This document shows, piece by piece, positions 26,901 to 39,600 of a stretch of 64,000 bases of DNA. Position 1 is the first letter of the stretch, and each line of letters starts with the position of its first letter. Origin of the DNA: Octopus bimaculoides. Lineage: Eukaryota. A model generated the notes under the pieces. It was not told the DNA's origin. It searched no databases and saw only the letters and a list, made by a program, of their open reading frames with translations. The stretch is from assembly GCF_001194135.2 (NCBI RefSeq), contig NC_068983.1, positions 62,317,036 to 62,381,035 on the forward strand, read 5' to 3'. Position numbers and translations under genes: made by a program.

Positions 26901-27864
26901 GCTGCAGGGCACGAGAACCATAACCCATCTAACACACATAAAAATGAAACAAAAACAAACATAAGAATAAAGCAAGAAATCAAATGGGGCATTAGTAAGA
27001 ATATGCAATATGTAAAAAGGCTGGTTCTATCACAAAGTGACAACAGCATCATAGCTCTTGCTATACTAAAGACACAGAATGCAAAACGTATTTGTATAGA
27101 ATGTATATGATGTGTCTTTTTATGCATAAACTGCAGAACAGTATTTGCACAATCTACAAGAACCAGGTGGTGCAGTGAAAAGCTCATACGAAACTAATGA
27201 AAATACAACAATAAAAGTAATCATAAATTGTAACATTGGAACGAAGCTTACTATAGTTGGAGGGGGTTTTCAGTAGATTATGCCAACCCAAATGCTTAGC
27301 CCTGGAAGGATGAACAATGAAGTCTACTCCAGCAAGATTTGAACTAAGAACATTATGTAACATAATAAAATACCAATAAACATTCTATCAATTCTGTTGT
27401 TTATAGATGTTACAATAATAATACTACTACTAATAATAATAATAATAATAATCCGTTCTACTATAGGCACAAGGCTCGAAATCTCAGAGGAGAGGCCCAG
27501 TCGATTACACTGACCCCAGTGTTTCACTGGTATTTAATTCATCAACCCCAAAAGGATGAAAGGATTAGTCAACCACAGTGGAATTTGATCTCAGAACATA
27601 GCAGCAGATGAAATACCGCTAAGCATTTTACCTGGTGTGCTAATGATTCTGCCAGGTCACCACCTTAATAATAATAATAATCCTTTCTACTATAGGCACA
27701 AGGCTTGAAATTTGGGGAAGGGGACAGTCGATGACATCGACCCCAGTACACAACTGGTACTTATTTTATTGGCCCTGAAAGGATGAAAGGTAAAGTAGGC
27801 CTTTGCAGAACTTGGCCTCTAAGCATTTTGCCCGGTGTGGTAATGATTCTACTAGCTCACCACC

Positions 27865-27899
<35 letters not shown>

Positions 27900-28812
27900 C
27901 CTTTCTACTAGAAGCACAAGGCCTGAAATTTTAGGGGAGTGGTAAATCGATTACATTCACCCCAGTACTCAACTGGTACTTAATTTATTGACCCCATAAA
28001 GGATGAAAAGCAAAGTTGACCTCAGCAGAGTTTGAACTTAGAATGCGAAGACAGCTGAAATACCACTAAGCATTTCGCCCGGCATGCAAAGAATTCTGCC
28101 AGCTTGCCTCCTTATCAATAATAATCATAATACTTTATGCTATAAGCACAAGGCCTGAAATCTGGAGGAGGTCAATTGCATCAACCCCAGTACTCATCTA
28201 GCACTAGTAACCTCCAAAGATGAAAAGCAAAGTTGACTTCAGCAGAATAATAATAATAATAATAATAATAAATGCCCTGATGCAGTACCAGGCTTCTGAT
28301 CTTAACTGATTGTAAGTGTTATCATGGACATTGTTTTGTCTTGGTACAAAAGATGGGCTACAGCAAATATTCTGTTCAATACCAGAGATTTGCTTGTCAG
28401 TTGTTTGAGCTTAACCACTCAAGCATGACCCTTAGTGGCTGACGAGATGTGCATCTCTGATAATGAGCAAAAGTAGTAGAGAGGCATCATAGTCATGTGT
28501 TGAGAGGAATTCTTTAGGGTTTGGATAATTCGCCTTTGGAAACATGGGTGTTTTGTTCAACATCCTTAAACAACCCTTATTCAGGGACCTTTTGAGCGGG
28601 ATGAGGTACTCGAACTGAAGAAAATTCTAACTGGGCCTCACCTGCAATGTCATGCGCTGTTCATTTTGATATGAGATCACTATGTTGTGCACATATGGTT
28701 TTGATGGATGTGCCTGGCGTACCCTTATCAGACAGGTAATCATGATGGGTATACTGGGTATCACATATTTTACCCCAATGTTACTTTGATGGCATGTACT
28801 GCTCTCTCAATC

Positions 28813-28844
<32 letters not shown>

Positions 28845-31800
28845 TAATAAATGCTTCTAATTTAGGTGTAAGGCAGTAATTTTGAGGACGAGGGTTAGCT
28901 GATACCAATGAACTTAGTATTTGACTGATACTTTATTTCATCAACCTTGAAAGAACGAAAGCCAAATCAGACCTCAGAGAGGATTTTAACTCAGAATGTA
29001 AAGACTTGAGACATTCATGCAAGACATTTTTTTCAAAGCTCTAATGATTCTGCCAGATCCACTACCTTATACAATCATGACAGTAAGAACAATAATAATA
29101 ATAAAAGCATAAATTACCTTTTGATAGTCTGGATGGGTTGCTATCCGAACCACTCTCACACCTGATAAACTGGCAAAGTCATTGTCTTGGAACTGTAAAG
29201 AATTTCAATATGATAGTTAGTATACTATCAGTAACAAACAGTATGGTGATAATATTGGTGACTAACAATGATGTTGATGACTATTGTTGTTGTGGTTGCC
29301 CCAATAAAAGTTCAATGTTGCAGTTCAAGTTGAAGTGGCAGAATGGTTTCAACTTGAACTGACTGGAGATTTGAAATTTTTGAGAAGATCCTGGTTACGA
29401 GTTATGAGCTATATGCTCATAGTCAAGTTCTACTCAGAAGAGATGAAACAGTTTGCATTCGATCTGAAAAATGAAAACACTACACCATTTGAACTTTGAT
29501 AACAGTATCAATATTAGCAATGATAAACATAACAATGAGAAAGCCAGACCACTTTATTTTCTATTTAATTACTGTTAAACAGCATTGTTCTGCTGTTTAA
29601 TTAGTATCAAATAGAATTGTTAATTGAATATAAGAACACTGTATTCAGGGTCCTTATGGTCAATGCAACTACTTAATTAAAAACTGCTCAATGGTCTCAC
29701 CTACTTAATTATAAACTCAACATAAAATGGAATTAAGTTTCGAGCTGTTGTGACCATGAGATTAAACTATTAACATTATCTTTCTCACCAGCTATACATA
29801 TATATATATATGAGTTCTTTATAGTATACATTTATGCCCTCTGTGACCATCCCTGTATAAATGTTTTACCTTTGACCTCTACATTGCTCACATACAAATC
29901 CAGTGCCAACTTTCATTATAAGACACCATTAGAAACACATGCTTCTAAGATGCCCCAAAACAGAAATAGTGAAAATAAAATTTTAAAAATTATAGAAGCA
30001 AAAAGAAAAAGGCTAGGAAGCAAATTCACCTGCTGGGAGATGGTCCATGGAATCAAGTCTCCCGATGCACGTTTACCTTGTCGAAGACCACTCATCACTG
30101 CTGCCTTAGAAATATCTCCTTCAAGACACATCTATAAAAGAACATATCACAATTAAAAATGAAACAAAATTTGAACAAGTTAGTGTTAATATATTTAATA
30201 TGGGAATCATTAAAAAACTATCTAGAAAGAAACAGGCAATTAGAAAAACAGCATTATCAGTCAATGACTAATGTTATTTTAATCTCACCAAGAACAGTGA
30301 TCAACTCCAAACAAGTTTTATTCTTATTCTGAACTCATCAACAAATCACGGGTTCTAATCATACTTGCAGAAGCAGTGATAAAAGAAACATCAAGCAAAT
30401 ATACAAGAAAGGACTTTGTGGTGGTGATGGTGGGAGGAATAAAATGATTTTAGAAATACATAATTTAGAGAAGCCATATTCACATGAAAGCAACAGCTAA
30501 GTAAAAGCTAACACATTTTAAGTAAAGATAATTAAGAAGCTAAGTCAAAGTGATTTCTGTAATGAAAAACAAATCAATGGCAAATACTATTTCTTATTAA
30601 AAAAAAAAGGGCTTGAACATAAGTTGTAATCAGTTATTTAGCAGATTAACCCTTAAAGTTTTATACTGCAGATATCCATAGAATTTTACTTCCTCCAATT
30701 TTTGAGTTAAATGGTTAATACCTCAAGTAGAGAATTAGAGTTTGATAATTTTATTTACTAATAATGGAATACCCTTCCTAACACCAACTAATTTACAGAG
30801 TATACTGGGAGCTTTTTAAGCCAGCGCTGCATAAAAAGCATCTAGCACACTTTGTAAACTGGTTGGCATTAGGAAAGGTATCTAGCTGGAGAAATCATGC
30901 TGTAACAGACAACTGGGGCCTGGTGCAGCTCTCTAGCTTGCCAGCTCCTGTGAAACAGTCTAACCCAGGCGAACATGGAAAATGGATGTTAAATGATGAT
31001 GATGATTTATTAATGTTTCAGTTAAGAAAACAATATTCAGGAAATAAAATCTTGAAAACACATGTAATCAATTTAGTTGTATTTAACCTATTTTAGTAGG
31101 AGAAAGAACATGACAGCTGGTAAATGTACATCACCATTCCACAGTGTACAGCAAGGATCATAACTTCATATCTGTACAGCAAGGATCATGATTTCATATC
31201 AACAAATTTAATCCAAATTCATCCAAAAGATATATTTTCTTAATTTTTATATCAGACTAACTGCCTTTCATCAGAATCTCCTTACTAACATGAATGTGAA
31301 ATTTATATACAAAAAGTACAACAGAACTTTAAGAGTTAACATTAGTTATCATGTTTCTTTAATAACCTTTAACTCAATCATTAAATTTTCTCCAAACAAC
31401 ATTTATAATAAGAGCTAACCTGAACAACACAAAGAACTTCAGGAAGAGCCTGTTTGGTTGACTCCATTGGACCGAGTAAAACAAAAATATGATGTGCTGG
31501 AGCATCAGATAACATCTGTAAATCATTAGGCGTGTTCTGAAAAGATAAGCAAAATAAATTTTTTATTAATGGTGAGAAATGATAAAGATAATAAAGTATC
31601 TGATGAATTGATGTTCAAAAGTTAATGTTAATGACTGGGTCCTGAGATCAAACTGTGTCAGGGTTGAATCATATGGTTCAGTTGGAAAGACACCCTATTC
31701 TCAATCCCCTTGACATTTTACAGGATCTTCAAAACTGGTAGAGTAAAGGGTTAAAGAAATCACAACTCTTGAGTTTCTACAGGTGAAAGCAATGCTTAAC

Positions 31801-33632
31801 AATATGAATTTTAACCTCAAACGTAAAGACTTGGTCTAAATGGCTGCAATAAAGTGAACTCAGCTAGAGGTACCAAAAGGCCAGATGGTGGTATTAAACC
31901 AAGCAAGATTAAATGTCAATCAAATTGCCTTCAAATTACACATCCACAACCAAAAAAGAAGACAGATTAGATAGATAATGTAGTCTTTAATTAGTGAAGG
32001 TGAAAATGTTTAGCCTGTCTTGTTAAAATTTCAATTTCTTGAATATTCCTGTTATTAGAGTAAGGGTCAAGGGTAAAGACCCCTTTCGGTCATGACTGAT
32101 CATGGGATTGCACCTAGAAAGTTACCCTGTGAGGTGCAAGTCAGAGCAAGGTTGTTTATGGAAGACCAGTAGTCGCCCATACATACCAGCCTCCCCTCTC
32201 CATGCCACCAATGTTATCCATAGGAAAAGCAAAGGCTGATACAGCTTGGCACCAGTGATGTAGCTGAGCAAATGGAGCAACGGGGAAAAATAAAGTGTCT
32301 TGCTTAAGAACACAACACAGCCCAGTCTGGGAACTGAACTCACTACCTCATGATTGTGAGCCTGACACACTAACCACCGAGCCATGCACCCTATTAGAGT
32401 ACCACATCTATTTTACTAGGGGTAAATACTTATAGATACATTGTTGTTTTTTTTATAACATTTAATATCTCTTCCCCATTTTTGAAGACAATAGGCCATA
32501 TGTGATTTAACAGATTTGACTGCTGTTTCTAGCAGGTCACAGAACTACATTGAAGTTACCTCATTGGCTTGAGTAAAGGAGTAAGGAAGATTAATAATCA
32601 TGAGTTGCACTGGAGTAGTTGCTAACTTACATAAACAATTTTTCGTCAATACTGTTTTCTTTGAGTAGATTTTGTATATTGTTGAATAGAAAAAAATGAA
32701 ACAGTGCACATTTTAATGTTGTTATCCCATAAGCAGCAAGGCAGTAAGCGAACAGAATCATTAGAGCATTGAACAAAATGCTCTGTGGTATTTCTTCCAG
32801 CTCTTTTTGTACCAAGTTAAAATCTCACCAAGATTGTTGGCTTTTAATTGTCCCAGACGTCAATAGAAGTACCAGCTAAGTACTGGAGTTGATGGTGCTG
32901 ATTAAACCTGTCCTTCAAAGTTGCCGACATTGTACCTAAATCAGAAACCAATATTCTATAACAGCAGTTCCGTATTTCTTATGTTTGCTGTTCACCATAT
33001 CTCATAAGCTATGTCAATAAATATAATGAATTTGTAAAAATAAATGTTATAACATATGAATACAAGGGATACTTTACCTTATAATGGGAAGATACATAGA
33101 GTGACATTATTCGATGCAGGAATGCCTCAGAACCTTTATGGAAAGAAAACAATGTGTCCCTGCTGACATAATACAGATCACAGTCCTGCGGTAGAGGGCA
33201 ACCAGAAGTTATTCTACGAACATTCGTCACATCAAGACATAACAAATCGTTGAGCCATTTCTCAACAGGATCACCATCAGCATATCTTATAGATTCATTG
33301 AGTTGCACTTCATAAAGGGCACGTCCTGTGGAGAAAAGAAAAGTCAAAGATATATCTATTTTGAAATAACATTCTCAGATTTTATCAATTGATTGATACT
33401 TTCTCTCTTTACTCTTTTACTTGTTTCAGTCATTTGACTGTGGCCATGCTGGAGCACCGCCTTTAGTCGAGCAAATCGACCCCAGGACTTATTCTTTATT
33501 CTTTGTAGTCTAGTACTTATTCTATCGGTCTCTTTTGCTGAACCGCTAAGTTACGGGGACATAAACACACCAGCATTGGTTGTCAAGTGATGTTGGTGGG
33601 GGGAGGGGACAAACACAGACACACAAGCATAT

Positions 33633-33685
<53 letters not shown>

Positions 33686-36600
33686 CGACGGGCTTCTTTC
33701 AGTTTCTGTCTACCAAATCCACTCACAAGGCTTTGGTGGGCCCGAGGCTATAGTAGAAGACACTTGCCCAAGGTGCCACGCAGTGAGACTGAACCCGGAA
33801 CCATGTGGTTGGTAAGCAAGCTACTTACCACACAGCCACTCCAACGCCTCTTATGTCAACACTTCTTAATGATGTCGTTTTTAATCATGCAAAAGCCATT
33901 GACGAAGTATAAAATGGATGAGATTAGTTGTAATCAGAGGTAAAAGAGTAGAACAAATGTCCAATGACATGAAGGCAAAGATGTCAATAATAGTATATAT
34001 TTGGCACAAAGTCAAAATTTCAGAAGGGTTTTGTCATTTTAATAGACAACTGATTTGTAACTATTTTTATAGAACAGAGAATGGGAAAAGGTGCCCCTCT
34101 TCATGTCATATCGCTCTTGTATATCATCAGTAGCATGATGTATCCAGCCCAATGAGACATTATGCTTGACCCTCATACTGCCCTTGGTACCTCTCATGAT
34201 GCTGTCCAGGCTTCCTAACACTGCCAATCTGAGTGCATTTATTCTCATGATCTCTAGGAAAATATTGCTTGTATCACTGTTCACCAAAGGTTTATATAAC
34301 TGTCCACCTGCTCAATGATATGGTTGGTTGCATGGTTGATTCTTTATTTTGATTTTATTGAAGTGCATGTTGAGTCTGGTTGATCACATTGTTACTCCTG
34401 CAATCCCAGTTGATATTCCTAAAAACAGCATCATGTAGACAAGAGGTATTCAACTTTGGTGAAATGTTGCCTCCTTCTTTAACTCCCCTCTTCAACCTGA
34501 TCAGTTCCTCAATCCCCCAAAATTATGCAATGGCATGAGAATTGCCAACCTCCAACAATCTCTCCCTCCTCCAGCTGACAGTTTGTTATACAGTTTTGTG
34601 ACGGAAAATACACCTTTTGTGGCAGTTATAACGAAATTGCTTTCTTATATCAGAGTAATAAGGTGTCTCGATAGAACATCTTTAGCCCCGGGAATTACCA
34701 GATACACCAGCTAGTATATATATATATAGATAGATAGATATATTCTCACACAAATACACAATGAACTTCCATAAAGTTTTTGTCAACCAAAATTTCATTT
34801 ATAAGGCATTAATCAACTTCTCTCCTTCTCCCTGTGGTTTGAGCAACTTTGGTAGTGATCAGTATCAAAGTAAACTAAAAATGGTAGGAAACAACAGTTT
34901 AACTAGAGCAATATATTAAAGAATGGAAGTTTTGAAGAGACAACTGATAACTGATGTTGAAATATCTATGATAACCATAGTGACACTATTAACATATATA
35001 CATACATATAATAATAGACGTACCTGACAAACTATTAGTGGTACTCTCAACAGTTGTCACCTTTTTCACTTCAGTTCCTGAGAAAGTAGCAGCTTGTTGT
35101 CGGAGTTGTTGGATAAGTTTCAGAGATAAAGAACGACCTGTACCCTCGTATCTGAAGATGGCCAATAAAATGCGATTTAATCATTAAACAATAAAATTTA
35201 ATCATTTGAAATACAATATTAATATTAGTAAAAGTGCATGATTGGCCTTCATGCTGGTGGCACGTAAAAGCACCCACTACACTCCCAGAGTGGTTGGCGT
35301 TCAGAAGGGCATCCATAGAAACTCTGCCAAATCAGATTCGAGCCCGGTGTAGCCAGCTGGTTCACCAGTCCTCAGTCAAATCGTCCATGGAAAGCGTACG
35401 TTAAATGATGATGATTCAAGAAGAAATAGTTGTTACCGCAGTTGGATGCTACATTCAAATCTAACCACACTATCTTGAAAGAAGAGAGGCTATATTTGCC
35501 AGACAAGCAGGCCAAAGGAAGACAGCCAAATAAATACCTTGATTCAAAGGATAAAACACTAACAGAGGAAATAACTGGAATCATGTCATTTCCATTCCAT
35601 TCTTAGCATTACTTGCAAGATAATACTTTTCTATACCCAGGCGTGTTTCTTCATAGGAGATTGGAAATGAACACCATCACTTATAGGGTGGTGATGGTCG
35701 TTTACAACCATCATGATACATCAAGCCAAAGCAACATAAACGCACATATTTATAATGGGCTTCTTTCAGTTTCTTCAACCAAATCCACTCACAAGGTTTT
35801 GGCTGACCTAGGGCTACAGTGGAAGACAATTGCTCAAGGTGCCATGCAGTAGGATTGAACCTGAAACCACATTTTACATCACATTTTTACTGCAAAAATA
35901 TTACTCATTCACTTGTTTCAGTCATTTGACTGCGGCCATTCTGGAGCACTACCTTTAATCGAACAAACTGACCCCCCAGGTCTTATTCTTTGTGAGCCTA
36001 GTGCTTATTCTATCGGACCCTTTTGCTGAACTCATAAGCTATAGGGACATAAACACACCAACATTGGTTGTCAAGCGATGGTGGTGGGGGACAAACAGAC
36101 ACACAAACATAGATATATATCATCATCGTTATTATCATCATTTAATGTCCACACGACAGGCTTCTTTCAGTTTCTGTCAATCAAATCCACTCATAGGGCT
36201 TTGGTTAACCTGAGGCTATAGCAGAAGACACTTGCCCAAGGTGCCACGTAGTGGGACTGAACTCGAAACCATGCGGTTGGGAAGACTGGAGTTAAATATT
36301 TTAGATGAAAAAGCTTAACTGTTACAAAGTGAAAGTTGACAAATAAATCTACTGTTGCTGAAATTTCAACAGAATGTCCTGAGGTAGCACAGGAAAAAAT
36401 GGTGATAGTTAGACAAAACTTTCCAGTCTGTTAAAATGAGTAGGATAACAGTTAAATAGCACTTAGATGTAAAACAAAAGTAGAAGAGTCAAAAAAGAAG
36501 GAACTGTAATTATTGAGCCTGCTACAAAATAGCAACCAAATCCACTCCATATTATATGTTAGTCATTAATGGCCAATAAAACAGGATTTAATAACGAAAG

Positions 36601-39600
36601 ACGAATGCATGAGTGCTACATGCTACAGTCTATCATAATATTATACACTACAGACTTTAAGAAGGTGACGGGCATATTGAACGTAATAATATCGTCCTAG
36701 ACAAACTAAGAAATCTGGTGCAGTAACTGGGCACGAATCCTGGTAATGCAGAAAAAAAAATCAAGTAACACTAATGCAGAGTTATCTCCCTTACACTGCA
36801 TAGCGCTACAGATTATTAATTTAGACACACCTAAAGTTAAAGCAAGTGATGTATGTAACTTGCACGAGGTTTAAGTACAGTTGTACTGTTGAAGATTAGG
36901 TTTTTGGCATATTAGCAATAGAATCAATAAATTTCTATACGTGCTTGCCTAAGATTTCTTTAACTGCAGCTGCGATGAAAGGGATGTAAATTTTTTTCAT
37001 CATGAAAAGACCTAGATGTTGCAAGTGAGGGCTGTCAAGTACCAAACACCAAACTACCTTTATACATACTTTAAAGATTAAAGTATAGTTGAAGAGATTC
37101 CAGTGAGAATATTACAAAGAATAATAAGTTGACTATTTCGTACTGAATGATAGAAACCACAGACACAGCTCACTTTAAATGTTAGTAGGGAAAGTTTAGG
37201 ACAGAATGCAATATATAATATCATCATCATCATCATCATCGTTTAACGTCCGCTTTCCATGCTAGCATGGGTTNNNNNNNNNNCTTATAGAGTTACTACC
37301 TACTCCTTTTCTACATACTGAGCAGGGCCATCTACATATATATATAGTGAAGGCAGACAGATTGATTGCTAGATAGACATGCTAAATTTATTCCTTAATA
37401 TAATATTGAGAAAGACCTTTAAAAATGATGATGGTGATGAAGAAAAAGTGAATGCAAGGGCACTTACCCATTAACAGTTGAAGACATGAAAACAAGGTAG
37501 GGTCCAATGAGTTCCTTTACCAAAGGCAATGGAATGGCAGCTGCTTCATCAATGCAAACCAATTCAGCTTGACCAAGTTTGTGAGCATCAGTAGGATGGA
37601 TATACTAGGAAAAAAAAAAGGGAAATAAAACTTACAAAAATTTTCAAGTGTAAAAGAAAAAAACATATGCTTGAGTAGCTTGCTTCCAGACCATGTGATC
37701 TTGGCTTCAGTCCCACTGCACAGCACCTTGGGTAAGTGTCTTCTACTTACAGAGAGGATGACATTCTAAAAATTGGAGCAGTTTGAATGGGAAATGATGC
37801 CCCACCCACTAGATTCACCAGACATAGCCTCATCTGATTATCATTTATTCCGCAGTCTTCAAAATCATTAGGATGGAAAAAATATGAATTCTGTAGATGA
37901 GGTCAGAACAGTAAGTACTGAAGGAGTATTTTCCATCATGGACAAGTGAATTTTAGAAGAGGGGCCTTGAAAGTCTACCAGATAGATGGAAGAACATTGT
38001 AGAAAATGGAGGAGAGTATATTTTAGATTAAAAAAGAACTTTGTTTATCTTAATTTTGAAAAATAAAAGAAGTATAAAAACAAAACCACATTATTTATGG
38101 GATGACCCAATACTTGAATGGTACTATAATTTTACCAACTGCAGAAGAATAAAATAAACTGATCTCAGTGGGATTTGACAAAAGAATGTAAAAAGCCTGA
38201 AATATCACAAAGTATTTCGTCTGACACTTTAATGATTGTTCAGATACATCATCTATATCTACAGTGTTACAAACATTAAATGATAAGCATAAAATAACTT
38301 ACCTGTATTGTCTGCCGATGGTCTCTGAATATATTGACTCTGACAATGGCTTTGTTGAAGTCAGGGTTTGATGACTGGATTATTTCATAGTCAATGTGTT
38401 CCTGCAGTAGACAAATACAAGGTGTACATCAGACAGTGTACCAAGGTAGAAATGGTATGAGCCACATAAACATATGGTACAGGTTTACACAAAATAGAAA
38501 ACACTCTTTTAGAGCATAGTATATTAATTTCTACCACAGGGATTGTCAGAATATTGACACAATATAATACTGAACATGATAGGTGCAGCCAACACCATGT
38601 GGTCAAGAAATCTAGTTCACAATAAAATTTTAGGTGTGATCACATTGCATGACACTTTAGTCAAATGTCTACTACGATATCTTTGAGCTGATTAGTACCT
38701 TGTAACTGAAAGTTAATAGACAGGAAATGAATGAATGAATGTATGTATGTATGTATGTGTGTGTGTGTGGGTGGGTGCATGCATGCATGTGAGAGATAGA
38801 GAGGAAACCAATAAGTGTTTGTAGGTTCTCAAAGAGACATTGTCGGGAAACAGTAACCATCCTTGTGTCTCACATTAACAAAAAGTCTGGCAGCTCAATA
38901 CCTTAACATAGAAATATGTGGAATAAGGTACCATCTTGAAAACAATAAAGGGTATACAGCTGAAGAATACTGCATCAATAATTCCTTCCGATTGAAGCCA
39001 GCTTAGAAGAAATGTATATAAGAATAATGATGTTGAAGATGATGACAATAACACTGAATATAATGTTTATATTACTACATACTATAGTACTAGATATGGC
39101 ACAATTAAAATAAGTATCACAAAGTATAGTATTGAACATAGTACAGTTAGAACATTGCATGGTATACTATCAAACATGGTGTTTAGAACATTATCAACAA
39201 GCATACTAAGCATAGTTATGTAATACATTAATACAAGAGAAATAACAGGCAGAAACTATGGTTAAATCTGATAATATAATTTTACAACTACAGAATATGC
39301 CACATAATTCTCCAAGTTTATTTAGTGCCAAATGTACACTACTGGCACAATAGTTTGTTCTGGATATTGTCCAATATAGAAACAATCTGAGACAGCAAGT
39401 GTGAACCTTACTAAACAAACTATAAGTAAAACATGAGATACAACCAGGTCAACATAATGATCTGACTTTTGCAAAAATCTTGTCAAAGGTTGTGATGCCA
39501 AAATGTTTTTTGTTTAGACATAAATCTGTTTTTACTAACCAAACCTACAAAGATGTTATCATCATCATCATTTAACGTCCACTTTCCATGCTAGCATGGG

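Noticed and set aside
27417-28272. CRISPR-like repeat-spacer appearance
   Set aside because: Eukaryotic SINE copies separated by microsatellite; no constant short repeat with unique spacers and no cas genes
30255-30341. Possible C/D snoRNA (TTGATGA...CTGA, about 85 nt)
   Set aside because: Non-consensus C box, no terminal stem and no recognisable rRNA complementarity
31100-31200. ATGATCCTTGC...GTGATGT on the minus strand, resembling the U13 5' end
   Set aside because: The C box is imperfect, and there is no second antisense element or D box. The string lies in a simple 28-bp tandem duplication (tgtacagcaaggatcat...ttcatatc x2).
30647-31752. ttaaccctt...aagggttaa pair suggesting a piggyBac element capturing exon 14
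   Set aside because: Only 9 bp match and the interiors are unrelated; more likely ends of two separate MITE relics
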